A stretch of 64,000 nucleotides of DNA from Lama glama. Its lineage: Eukaryota. Where the stretch lies: positions 186,001 through 250,000 of the forward strand of contig JAPYYK010000270.1 of assembly GCA_028534125.1 (NCBI GenBank), given 5' to 3'. Position numbers and translations under genes: made by a program. Each line of letters begins with the position of its first letter. The stretch's first letter is position 1. Below are positions 1-12,417 of the stretch, piece by piece. Below the pieces are notes generated by a model. That model worked only from the letters and a program-made list of their open reading frames with translations. It was not told where the DNA came from and ran no database searches.

Positions 1-517
1 AAATTATAGAAAAATTATAATGAATGAAGTACATGGTTCTACTGATGGGTTATGAGAACAGCAGTTCAGTGATAAACATAAGTTTAAAATCTCACAAAGA
101 ATTTACTCCAAAAGAATACCATGAAAGCCAGGCATTGCAGTGGCACTAGAAGCTTATGTGAGGTTGGAGATACTTCTTTTTTTCTTTCCTATGATTAAAC
201 TAAGCTTCCATCAAAGAGTTACAATTAATATGAGTGGCAAGGGTACATCTTCACTTATTAATCCTGATTTTTCTCTTTTCAGTACTCAGTACTGATTCCT
301 TTTGAAAACTTTTCCCTCAAGGGAAGACCTCCTTCCTTACAGTTTATTTCCAAGGATTTACGCAGTCCCATCCGCAAGGATTAGAACTATTGTTCAACTG
401 GTAAAAATAAATGAAAGTTGGTTACGGATGTTGAGTTTGGAGTCAGAAAGACTTGTGAAATTCGCTGTTGGCGATGCTCTGAAGACTTCCTTCCTTCCCC
501 TTATTTAAAATGGGGCT

Positions 518-715
518 GGTAGAGGTCTAAACTATGAGGTAAAAAATATGCTACAAGGATTTATTGTACAACACAAGGAATATGGCCAATATTTTATAAT
601 TACTACAAGTGGAGTATAATCTTTACACATTGTGAATCACTGTATCGGACACCTGTAACATGTAATATTGTACAACAATTACGCTTCAGTTAAAAATAAT
701 AAATAAAATAAAAAA
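518..715 (+). mobile_element. 5'-truncated L1 3' end inserted into a MIR
   Basis: L1 3' UTR motif, A-rich tail, 12-bp TSD TAAAATGGGGCT (506-517, 716-727). Confidence 0.8.
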
Positions 716-1144
716 TAAAATGGGGCTAGCACAACTAACCCCACAGGATTTGATAGCCATTAAATGATAGTAGATACAAGTTCTTTGCAGTGCAGTTAAA
801 CTACTAGTGATTGGAAAATGGAATAAAATTCAAGTAGTTGGTGGATTACTAGGGCAAGAGTGTCATTTAATAATGTTTTTACAATGAATAATATTTCATA
901 ATATTTATACTTGTTAGGTGATCATTACTTCATGCTCAAGCTCCCAAATGCACTAAATAGATTATACTAAGGCAGGCTTAAGTTGTATAAAACTAGTCTG
1001 AGTGTCACATATTTAAGCTAGAAATGGAATGAGTGAAAAATAGACTCACAGTGTGGTATTGATAAAACTTCTCTGGAAAGGGACAATATACAACTCCTTA
1101 AAACTACCAGTATCTTCTTTTCTTTTAACTGGCTATTTCCTTTT

Positions 1145-1515
1145 TTAAGTCAGGTGTGTTGTGGTATAATTTACACACTTTTTAGTAAAAATCACTCTTT
1201 TTAGATGTATAGTTTGATGAATTTAACAAACACAGTTTTGTAACCCGCATCACAGCCAAGATTTTTCTATCACCTCAAAATCCATTCAAGTCTCTTTATT
1301 GTCACGTTCTTCCTGCTGTCCCCTGGCAGTCAGTTGTTTGGTTTCTGTCCCTATAATTTTGCCTTTTTCAGAATGTCTTATTAATGAATTCATGCAAAAT
1401 CTAGCCTTAATGTTTGGCCTTGTTAACTTAGCATACGATGTTCGAGATGCATCCATGTTGTTTGTGTCAGCAATTTGCTCCTTTTTATTACCGACTAGTA
1501 TTCCATTGAGCATCT
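1145..1515 (-). mobile_element. Old L1M 3' fragment
   Basis: Typical antisense L1M 3' end text (ggtataatttacac...ttttagatgtatagtttgatgaattt...ctagtattccattg). Confidence 0.6.
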
Positions 1516-2509
1516 GTGACATCTGTGACAGCTCCCTTCCTATTTGGATAAGCCTATTTAGCTTGGGAAATAGAAGAGAATTACAGCTACTACCAATTAA
1601 ATATGTAAGATAGCGTCCTTAAAAATTAAACGAAAGCTGGTAAGACATTTGTAAAAAAACTCTCAATGGACTTGCACACTGTTTAAGTACATTAGCACAA
1701 CACAAATACATCATGTGAAAATAGTGAGCTCATCAGCTGTCGTAGATGAGTTCTGAAACTCAGGCTGCGGAATCCCTTATGATCACACGGGAAAACCTGT
1801 ATGTCTCACTGAGAGATTTTAAATATGGCACTTTGCAATTCCCTGAGGTATGCCTTGTTAGAAGCTCAGAGGCGAGTGTGGCATAGAACTGTCAAGCAGA
1901 AGACTGTTTTGGGCAGATGTACTGATGAAAAGAGAATATGAGTTGTAAGGAAGAGGCAAGGTGTAAAATGAGACGGGGAAAATGTCACTGCAAGGATGAT
2001 TCTAGATCTAGAAAGATAGACCCATATTTCTGAGGCAAAAAAAAGTGAATTTTGACATGCTTTTCACTTGTTGTTTTAAATGTAGTATTGAGAATGGATA
2101 ACAATGCCAAAAATACTGAAAAATACAAATACTATCTAAAATCTAACACCGTCTTTTAAGTCTCCCACTAAGTATGACACAAACAGAAATAATATTTGAT
2201 TTTCATTTCATTTTCTAATCACTGGCAGTTAAACCATTATCTTTAACCTGCTCCAAGCATAGGTAAAGTCAAGATTTTCCCCCAGCTTTGTTCTAACATA
2301 CATGAGGTTTGGAGGAGCTACTTAATGCAATATGCGTGAATAATTTATGAACATTAAAGAAAGTTGCTACAAAAAAAGGATATTATTAATTAAGTTCATT
2401 ATCTGGATTATTTTGAGTTAAAAACAAATCTGCAATATGTTGGGGGATACTAAGCTCAGTGTTTTCCAGATGTAATGTAAATTATATTTTACGCTCTCAA
2501 CGTCCTATG

Positions 2510-2665
2510 TGGTAGATATCACCTCAATTTCATAGGTGAGAAACCAAGTCTCAGACAGGTTAAATGATTTACCCAGATCACACAGCTAAAAAGGGGCAAA
2601 GCTGGAAGTCTTATTTTCTGAATCCAAGTCCAGTATTCCAGTGCTTCTGCCCAACGCCAAGCACG
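2510..2665 (-). mobile_element. MIR SINE
   Basis: MIR core (ggtgagaaac...ggttaaatgatttacccagatcacacagcta). Confidence 0.7.
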
Positions 2666-4209
2666 CCTCATGATCTGTTGTGAAACTTTGTAAACAAGCA
2701 GTAATACTGTCCGTAGTGTTGAGTGAAATGAAAGTTTTTTTTTAATAAGCATATGGACATTTTCACTGTAATGTCAAATTTTCTATCAATCTTAAAGCAG
2801 CTTATCTTTCCAGGAAAAAAAAAAAGTTAGAGACTACTTTATTTTGCTAACATTTTTTATTTCACTGATAGACTTTCATTTACTTTACTTTTAAACATCC
2901 ACACTTAACTTTAAAGCTTTTTCCTGCACACAAGTAAAAGAGGAACACTTCTGTCCTTGCTAGATAAAATTATTGCAATAATTCTGTTAGCAATCATTAT
3001 GAAAATGAAAGTGACTATGTAGAGGTCTATTTCTTTGTCATTTTAAGGATATATAAACCTCTAGTTTCTCAACACAAAAGTAGTTTTGTTTCCTTGGTGG
3101 CAAATTCTTAGGCATTTGATATATTTTTTTGATTTCATAGAAAAGAAGTACTAGAGAAAATAACTCTAATAATTAAAGAAAATATATTGTATCTCCCATA
3201 ACACTGAGACTGCCTTCCCCTAGAGATTCTCCTCCTGCGTTCATCTAAAAAAAAAGAATCATGTTACACACACACACCCACCAAAAAGCCAGAATAAAAA
3301 AAAAGTGTTATGTGATGACAAAATTAAACCAACCTACTAAGTTTATAAGCCAAGAATTTCTGCAATTAATTGTATAGGATTATCATGTTTCATTCTCTGT
3401 ACTTTTCGCAGTATGTCAATCTGGACTTACATCCTAACAAATAAAGTCATGTGTCTATGATTTTAAAATAGATCAGATAAATAGTCAACTGGAGACCGGG
3501 TGTTGCCATGAAAAGAACATGTGCTATGGAGTCAAACAGATCTGTCTTCAGATCTGAGCTCAGCCACTGCTAACAAGGGACTTAAACTTCTAAATTTTTA
3601 AAATATAGATAGTGGTTTCTGCTTTCTCCTTTATTGTCAGAATGATTCTGTTAGACCAAGGAAATAAATCTTAAAGTGAAACAAATCTTAAATTCTCATA
3701 CAGTTGCTACTTAAATGAGCTTTGAATATTAGAATTAGATTCTATAGTGAGTTGAGTTAACTTTTTTATAGGTGTCACCTCCTCCAGGGGAAATACCAAA
3801 CTAGCTATGGTAATTTCTAACTGTTGAAGGAAAGTCGTTATTCCTACCAAACTCTACTGGAGTGAAGGAAAACAATACTTATTCAGTTAAAAGAAAGGAT
3901 TTCCTGTAATGATTCTGTAAACAACACAGTAAAGAACAGCTTTGCTTACAATGATAGTGTCTCAGACCAGTCCATAAGCCAATGGGGGAAAAAAATAGTC
4001 TCATTTTACAATCACATCTTAAATAGTTTACTAATAAGGCAGAAATATCAACTTGAATCTGTGAAATTTTATATTTAACATCCTCTGAAGCTTTAAATAC
4101 TTTAAAATATTTTCAAGCCATTTAGAAGCCAAAGAAATGCAAGTAAAATTTTTTCAAATGAAAAAAACCTCTTCCTTGAAGGCCTTTTTAGATCTATTTC
4201 AATGTAAAG

Positions 4210-4226
4210 TATGCCCTCTGCTGGAA
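4210..4226 (-). promoter_or_regulatory. CTCF-like motif
   Basis: Minus strand TTCCAGCAGAGGGCATA. Confidence 0.5.
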
Positions 4227-4850
4227 AAATGCTGTTATGACAATTAGTTGATAAGTACATTGTGTAGGCAACTTAAGAACTAAGCTTCACTAGGTAAGAT
4301 ACAAATGGGTTCTCACTTCTGCTCCTACCAGGTAGTGTCCCTCCAATTTTCAGCCTAGATGCCTTCCTCCCTCCGTAGAATTATTTCTCCTTTTTTATCC
4401 TTTGCCTCAGGCTGTCCTCTTTGCCGGAAAGTGGTTTTGCATTTTATTAGGAAGGGGGGCAGAGCCTCTGTGCATTCTGAGAAAAAAGACGGGGAGCAAC
4501 AGATCCGCTCTCCTGAGAGGTGGTGCTTGCAAGGTCTGCAAACAGTCTAATTTCACTTGCCAGGCAGTTGTGTGCTTATTCTAGTTCTGACCTCACGATG
4601 CATATGCGCTTCACTTCTTCAACCATCCCCACCTTCCTCCGAGTGGCATTATCCCCCAAGTCCGCAACAGCAAAGACCACCCCTAAAGCTTCAAACACGT
4701 GTGCCTGCACACACTCAGACTCAACGGGCTTCTTAAGTGTGCTTACTGTCATACTACTAATAATACATATTTCCTTTTCTTTTGAAGTAACTTAATCTTT
4801 TTTGAGAGGAGATAGATGACTTTTATTTTCAGCTTTATGTATATGGATTT

Positions 4851-4880
4851 GTGCGCGCGCGCGCACACACTCACGCTCAC
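4851..4880. repeat. (GC)n(AC)n alternating purine-pyrimidine tract
   Basis: gtgcgcgcgcgcgcacacac. Confidence 0.85.
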
Positions 4881-7098
4881 ATTTTGGTCTGTCAGATTCT
4901 GCTCCCTGTGCCAGGGAACATGTGTTCCCGCAGAATGGAGAGAAGCCACCTCCACCCACCTTGCATATTCTCTCCTGGATCCAAGCTTCTAGGAAATGAG
5001 TTCCCCAAAGAGAAAAAAATCTCCTAGAGCCACAGGCCCACATGGCTATCCATGGAGCTCCTCTGCTCCTGTTTATAGAATTCACAGGGCTGAAATGTTT
5101 CAGCCAGAATTATATTTGAATTGTGTACATTGATGTTGGCTTAAATCACATCATCTATGCCCTTTAGCTTTTGGACGTGGGTCTCAAATGGAAAGAGTGA
5201 TTCAGGGTTATGGGGATAACCATACCCACTAGAATGACCCATTCATTCACTGCTGGTCAGTAAAAGAGGCGAAAAGTCTGAGAGCCGAGTCAGTTATGAG
5301 TGATAAGCCAGATGACCATGTGGAAAGTAAGCCTTGGCAATAACAGGGTGTAGAAATGGCCAGATAGAAGATGATGAATTGGAAACCTCTTTGGCTGGTA
5401 GGCACCCTTCAGGAAGAGCCATTCAAGTCAAGTAGACCTGAGGAAAGTATGGGGAGAGATTTGTTTAAAGGCTTCCTGGTAAATATTCAACAGTAGCTCT
5501 TGGGGAGAAGAAAGTGACAATTGAGAAGTGTTTGCCGATAACAAGGTATTCATAGTCCCCCCATCGCTCACTGCAAGCTGCCAGCATGGTGTCACCGAGT
5601 GGGGTTGGGAAGAGACGTGCACCCTGAGCCCTTGCAGGCCAGGAGGAGCCAGCTCCCCTCATCTGATGGACACAGCCCTCTAAGGGCTTTCCTCTGAACA
5701 GCGTCTGAAACAACCAGACGTGCTTTGGGCTAATATTGCACAGTTGTCCAAACAATGAATAATAAACTGTTAAGAATATTTTTTTGCCTTAGAACAAGTC
5801 TTTGTACAAATCACAGTAAGAGAAACCCCCTAACTCTCACTGATCTTAGCAGTCTTATCTCCCACCACCCTCCTCCATAAATGCTTCCCCCTCTGATCCA
5901 ACTGTTCCCCTACTCATATTTTTAATAGAATTTTGCTATGTTTATTACAGCTAGATTTTGATGTGTTTATTATGGCTGAATGAATTTTTATAGACCTTTT
6001 TTTTTTGCAGTTTTAGATTTGCTGCAAAATTGAGTGGAAAGTAGAGAAATTACCTTTATACCCCCTGCCCCACCTATGCAGAGCCTCCCCCATCATCAGC
6101 ACGGCCCCCTGCACACACATAATACATGTTGAACTTTATTATACCTGCACTTCTGTTCATGGCATCCACATAACCAGAAGTGTTGGCTGCCACTGCTGTT
6201 TACTAATCCAACACAGGACCTTTAAGGCTCGGATGAAATGTCTCACATTCCTCCTCTGTGGTAAGCTTTCTTTAAGTCTTCCTTCCTTCACAAGGCTTCT
6301 CCCCTCCTCCTTTAATACTTTTTCTTTTGCTAGAGATAGATTACTGTCTCTCTTTGGAGGCATGAAACTTGTTTCCTGGAACTGGGTTATAAACTGTCTG
6401 AGGGTGAGGACAATATCCCAATGCATGGTTCTCTCAGTAATGTGACCCCACCAACTCATTCTCTGGTTTCCAATCCTCATTCACACAACAAAATAGAGAA
6501 GGTCTAATGATCAAATTAAAATGAAAAAATCACTGCCTTTGTTAAAACTCTGCCTTAAAAAAGCTTTAGGTTTATAATCACAGAAAGATGTCATGAAAAT
6601 AAATCCAGCATGTATTAGCTACACAGAGATTTCTTTCTGTAAAAGTACCTATATTCTCCTGAGATATGAACAATAACCTTCCCAGAACTATTATGCGATT
6701 GGAAGTCACGTAACTAACTTACATGGTTCCTGGTGGGTTTCAGTAAAATATAAGCCTGTATTATCCTTCAGCAAACACCAATATCTGCGTCAGCAACAGC
6801 ATCGCTCTCTCTTTCTCTCTCCCTCTCTCAGTTCAAATAAATATTTGCCTTTTGGATTGCCTTAGTGGTATCTCTAGTTCCCAATAATTAATGTATCCAA
6901 ATTTAGGAAAGATAGACATGTAAAGGAGAGCTATCTTAATTCAGACCAATCCTGCAATAGTATGGGAGATCTCTCACAGTATTATTGCAGACTGCTGTAT
7001 CAATTATCTTTCCCACTAAGCTCTCAAGTGCTGTGTGGTATGTATTTCTAGAGATTCTAAAAATCTCTAAATTTCTAGAGGTTAGTACTATAGAACAT

Positions 7099-7502
7099 NN
7101 NNNNNNNNNNNNNNNNNNNNNNNNNNNNNNNNNNNNNNNNNNNNNNNNNNNNNNNNNNNNNNNNNNNNNNNNNNNNNNNNNNNNNNNNNNNNNNNNNNNN
7201 NNNNNNNNNNNNNNNNNNNNNNNNNNNNNNNNNNGCCAGAAAGAACGAGGNNNNNNNNNNNNNNNNNNNNNNNNNNNNNNNNNNNNNNNNNNNNNNNNNN
7301 NNNNNNNNNNNNNNNNNNNNNNNNNNNNNNNNNNNNNNNNNNNNNNNNNNNNNNNNNNNNNNNNNNNNNNNNNNNNNNNNNNNNNNNNNNNNNNNNNNNN
7401 NNNNNNNNNNNNNNNNNNNNNNNNNNNNNNNNNNNNNNNNNNNNNNNNNNNNNNNNNNNNNNNNNNNNNNNNNNNNNNNNNNNNNNNNNNNNNNNNNNNN
7501 NN
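7099..7502. other. Assembly gap with a ~16-nt called island
   Basis: N runs; other gaps at 21653-22073, 24994-25133 and 54441-54572. Confidence 0.95.
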
Positions 7503-7595
7503 GCACTGTGTATTCACACATGGCACACTCTGCACTGTTACATGATAATCGTCCACCCTGGAACAGTGACATTCCCTTCTCTTTATAAGTGTGAA

Positions 7596-7630
7596 AGCGC
7601 CCTCTGCTGGCCAACCTGCGGTACTTGCAT
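7596..7630 (-). promoter_or_regulatory. CTCF motif (core plus upstream-module-like sequence)
   Basis: Minus strand TGCAAGTACC-GCAGGT-TGGCCAGCAGAGGGCGCT. Confidence 0.75.
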
Positions 7631-8898
7631 TTTCTAGTTTTATAGCCCCAAGATCCAACAAAGAATGATAAAAGCGGTTTGGGGGATTTTCTGCAGAACT
7701 CTGCATAAAAGTAAGTTTCATTCGAAATACAACACATTTTATTATTTCATTTTAACCGTATTTTCTTTAATTTTATTTTATTATAAGGCATTAATTTCTA
7801 AAACAGTGTAACAAAAGGTCAATGTAAAATAACCGCTCACTTGTTTTAACAAACCGGCAGTAGTAGACGATGACAAAGGACTGCACAACCAATTTTACTG
7901 TAAGCCTATAGAATTAACATAAACCAAATAGCTGTGTATTTGCTATAATTATTTTTAGTAGAAGAAAATGATTGTTGACTTTGTGTCCCTCTGATATTTT
8001 CTACGGAAGTGTGGTCCAGAGAAACACCAAAATTTTCCAATATTTTCTTATTGGAAAATGACAGGTGACTTCAGAAAGCAGAACTATCACATCCAGCATT
8101 AAAATTCTATGAATAGTTGGAGAACTATTCAAACATCCTTTTAGAATTATTGTATTAATGTGGAAAGAAGCAAATTTTTTTTATAGTTTGGTATATCTTA
8201 ATTATTAACCACTTTTTAATGGGAAGCAGTTGGAAGGAGAAGGAAGAAGAAATGCCAGCCCCCAACGTGGAGGCATGACAAAATCACTCTCCAGAACTAC
8301 CCACGAGGGAATTCTGATCTGTCACCCCAGGGTGAAGGAAAGATGTGAGTAAAGTTGGTTTCAGGGTGGGCCACTGTTCCCTATGCTAGTGTGAATTACC
8401 TGTCATGTGTCTTAAGAAGTAAAAAGAATATATATACAACATATAAAGAATCTGGGCATTAAAAATATAAACAATTAACATTTGTATGCCCAAAGACTAC
8501 TATGCACTGAAAAAAATCCTTCAGAAACTGGTTTAGAAATAAAAATGAAAGAGGTCTTAATTTAAAATTAGAAATAATTCAGGTCACTTTTTAAATTTTT
8601 GCCTATGAAAATTCATGTTTATAGAATGTATGTAGCTTAAGCAATAAGTTTCTTTCACTGCTACGTTGGTAACTGCTTTTGAAATCAACCCAGTAAGTAT
8701 ACTGAGATTCAAAATAAAGATTATACATTATCAATAACAATAAGATATACAAAACAAAATTGTGCAAATGAGTATTAGAGATTATTGAATATTTTCACAT
8801 TTATTTTGACTGTTAATTCTGTCAAAGAATGCCAATGTAGGCAAAATCCCTCTATAGCTAATTTTGCAACAAAAACTTCAGTCAAAAGAACGCCAATA

Positions 8899-9116
8899 CT
8901 TGCAGGCACTAACTACTATATATAAAATGGATAAACAACAAAATCCAACTGTATAGCACAGGGAACTATATTCAATACCTTGTAATAGCCTATAATGAAA
9001 AAGAATATGAAAAGAAATATATATATGTATAACTGAATCACCATGCTGTACACCAGAAACTAATACAGCATTGTAAACCAAACATACTCGAGTCAAAAAT
9101 TTTTTTTAAATTTAAA
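8899..9116 (+). mobile_element. Artiodactyl-type L1 3' end
   Basis: ctgtatagcacagggaactatattcaata...gctgtacaccagaaactaa; 15-bp TSD AAAAGAAC(G/T)CCAATA at 8884-8898 and 9117-9131. Confidence 0.85.
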
Positions 9117-10194
9117 AAAAGAACTCCAATAGCTTCTTTGGGCCACTGATACTTCACAGTCATTTACATCAGTAGTTCTTAGTACTGAAGAGCATCGAGC
9201 AAATAAACAAACACTTGGGATGACCCACATCTGTCAGCAGCAGTGTCTAGGGCCTAAAGCACAGGCCCTCCAGCTGCGTAAATCAGTCACCCTGTGCTAC
9301 TCCTCTGGAAAGGGCCAGAACGGACTGGACAAAACTGTTCCCAAATCCACATGACAAGTCCAACAGCACACGAATCCCACAGACTGGGAGATGGTTAAAA
9401 TCTGAGAGCCGGATGGAGTCCTCAGATTTCGGTGCCGTTCACTGGACTCTCACGTGTCCTCAGACTAGTGTACATTGTGCTCGTCTGGACTTTTCTTCCA
9501 AAGCACTTACTGGGCAGCAGCTCTTTAGCGACTGCTGTTTGGCAGACACACCCGTCAGCCGAAAGCTCCACGGGGCAGAAGCCGCTCCTGTTTTGTTCCA
9601 CCACCGTATTGACAGTGCTGAGCACTGAGCACTACATGCCTGGCGCATGAAAGGAGTTCATTAAAGATCTGTTAAACTAAAGAAGTGAATGGACTGGAGG
9701 GGAGAGGGGAGGGAAAGACAAACCCTCTTCCGTCCCTTAAGGCCATTACTAAGATCTAGATATTTTTCACTTGATGCACCTTTAAGTTTTATATTAAAAC
9801 AGTAAGAAAACAGAAATGTTTTTAAAGTTTTGCCTTGAATTTTATCCTCGCTGAGACTCAGAATCCTCCATAGATAATAAAGCACAGGCTGACAAGACGC
9901 AATAGACCGGCGGCCTTTGATGACAAGCCCGTATTTGAGATGCAGCATCGCCTCCCAGCCTCAGTCCTGCCTTCAGCCCTGTCTAGTGTGAATTTAGGAA
10001 ACAGCCAGTAACCCATAGAGATGTCAGGGAGCCTTCTAAGGAAGTTTACTGGAACATGAAAAACCCACATTCAGAGAGTAGTTTTGGCATTCCTGCACAA
10101 TCATAATTTCTTCACGAAAGCACAGCTGCTCTAGTGAAAAAAAAAAGGTCCTCTAGAATTCAGATTTTAAAAGCTCTGCTATTTTGTACATTAA

Positions 10195-10358
10195 ACCTTA
10201 CTCCTTAAAGTGTGGTCCAAGACCAGCGGTAGTGGCATCACCCGGGAGCAAATGTGAAAGGCAGGATCTCAGGCCCCACACAGACCCTAAAATCTGCGCA
10301 TCAGTAAAATCTGCCCCTCCTCCCGACGACTCCTCTACGCGGGAACACTTCAGAAGTA
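10195..10358. mobile_element. MER5A-like hAT-Charlie MITE
   Basis: aaagtgtggtcc...gcatcacccgggag...tctcaggccccac. Confidence 0.65.
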
Positions 10359-10369
10359 TCCCATGAAAA

Positions 10370-11010
10370 CCCCAAAAGCCATAAACAAGGCTAAAGAGCA
10401 GGCAAACGATAAAAAAATGTTGGTACTATTTATGACAAAGAACTGCTCTCCTGTATACTTAGGTAGTTCATAGAAACCACCACCAACAAAAAATATAAAT
10501 ACCCTAATAGAAAAATAGGCAATTAGCAACAACAAAAAGAATGAACTTGTAAAAACAATTTTCCTTAGAAATAGAAAGATTCAAATTCAAGTAGCAAAAT
10601 ACCAAGTTGGCAAAGTTTAAAAATAATATTACCTACTCTTGTTGTAGAAGGGACCTCAGGGCAATGAGCGCTCTGCTGTTGGAGGACGTGTAGCTTGGTA
10701 CACATTCTTGGAGTGAAATATGACATTAAGTATCAACTGTCTTAAAACTGTGGCAATCATTTGATCCATAAATTTCAATTATGTGATTTGTTTTTAAGAA
10801 TTAAATCAAGCATACATAGAGAGTCATTGCAGTATTTTTTCATGATGTAGAAATTAAGAAACATCCTAAATGTTCAACAGTTGGTTGATTAGTTATAAAG
10901 CATCCAATGGATGGAATTATTCAATTGTTAAAACTGTGCTGTCGAAGAGTATCTAATGAATACAGAGGAAATGTTGTTATGTATAAACATCCAGGTATGT
11001 CACAAGACCC
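10370..11010 (+). mobile_element. Degenerate L1M fragment
   Basis: A-rich L1 ORF2-end/3' UTR-like text (ctaaatgttcaacag...tggatggaattatt). Confidence 0.5.
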
Positions 11011-11149
11011 ACGGGACAGACACCCAAAGGTGAAGCTACCATACCTCACTGTGAAAGCAGGAGAGCCTTTTTTTTTGGTATGTTTCGATGTTTTCCAAAT
11101 TTCCTCCAATGCAACTATGTTACTTTTCTGAGTAGAAAATAGTAAACTT

Positions 11150-11575
11150 TGATGGAGTCAGCTCATACTCGCCCACAAGAGCGAATTGTTAAATTTTCTG
11201 GAGTTCTGTGAGCCAGTTAATGTTAAGCACAGCCATTTTTACAGATTAAGTTATATGCACTTACTAAATAAACTATATTAAAACAAAGGTAATGAATATT
11301 TAAAACTCATCACTGTCTAGCCATCTTACTAGATTTTACTATTACCAATCCTATCAAGGCTAGTTAAGCCTATTGTCTCTGGATGGTGGAAATGCCAACT
11401 AAACCGTGCGCCACTGCACACCTCTTCAACCTGGTGTGCAGCGACACGCTATGGGAGTGTGAACGCAGCCTTGGTGGGAGTGTTTGCACCACGAAGACTG
11501 GCATGCGCTACAGAGCAGGGCTTTTCTCTCTTCTCCAGAGAGCTGCTTGTTAAACATTTACCAGCACACCACAGA
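11150..11575. mobile_element. MER63-like hAT-Blackjack DNA transposon
   Basis: Ends resemble gagcgaattgttaaattttc... and ...gttaaacatttaccagcacaccac. Confidence 0.6.
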
Positions 11576-12276
11576 CTTCAAGCAACTATTTCTTTTGAAA
11601 AATAGAATGTGGCCATTTGGGGGACAGAGGAGAAGAGAGAAGGATTTTCCTATTATAAACAAATTAGAAAGGGGAAAGGATTAAACTCATTTGATTCTTC
11701 CTTGGCTGTTCCACACGAGAAGAAGCAGGCATGGTGGTATCTAGCACTCACATCAGTTAGTTATTGAAATTCAAGCCAAGCCTGCCTACCACCCGGTGGT
11801 CTTCCTTTCCACAACCTTGACTTTGGTCTCTATAACCCAGCGGAACCTCTCTGAGAGAGCCCAGTCTGTCAAACAGGGAAAAGGCAATGGCCTTATTTAA
11901 CTCTCGGAGCTTTGGATGAGTCAAACCAATTCATGTATTTGAAAGTACTTCGAAAACCAATAAATGTAGGACATTATGATATTATGAAATGTATCACATT
12001 ACAAGAACCATGGATATCTTATAAAGTAAAATTAGAACCCAATGTGCTCATATTCATGACATAGTAATATTGCATTAGTTTTGAAAGCATTTTTAGTCGC
12101 CAAGAGGAATTATTTTCATTTAATCTCCTCCAGAAATATTATTTTAATGAAAAGACAAAATCCCAAAGCCTGCACTTTCTCTTTCTGTTGAACAGAGCCT
12201 GCTAGCAACGGCGCACCAACCGAGTCCTTCAGAAGCAGTAAGTAGTGCCTGTAAAGCATGTGTGTGTTCCAAGTAC

Positions 12277-12417
12277 CTGAAACCACAGAAGAATCAGCAA
12301 AAGACGATTCCGATGAACTTTTCTCTATGTCCCACACCTCCAGACTGGGCTGATCTGTGGCTAAAAGAAGTGGCTCTTGACCTTCAGGACCGTCTTCCCG
12401 TGACAAATTCCCAGGCT
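12277..12417 (-). CDS. IFIH1: IFIH1 coding exon 3 (CARD-helicase linker)
   Basis: Acceptor tttatttatag|AG; [47 protein letters not shown]; donor G|GTACTT; 141 nt, phase 1 to 1. Exon 4 was not found in the window. Confidence 0.95.

Noticed and set aside
1511-1530. Short tandem duplications (CATCTGTGA x2; also CTGAGCA x2 at ~9618)
   Set aside because: Ordinary slippage within decayed repeats.
6936-7737. Long ORFs across N runs (also 21507-22172, 24822-25368, 54309-54639)
   Set aside because: Their length comes from undetermined bases.
1-12276. IFIH1 exon 4 (ESDTSLAEGS...)
   Set aside because: Not found by eye; it probably lies beyond the left edge of the window, although the 7099-7502 gap cannot be excluded.
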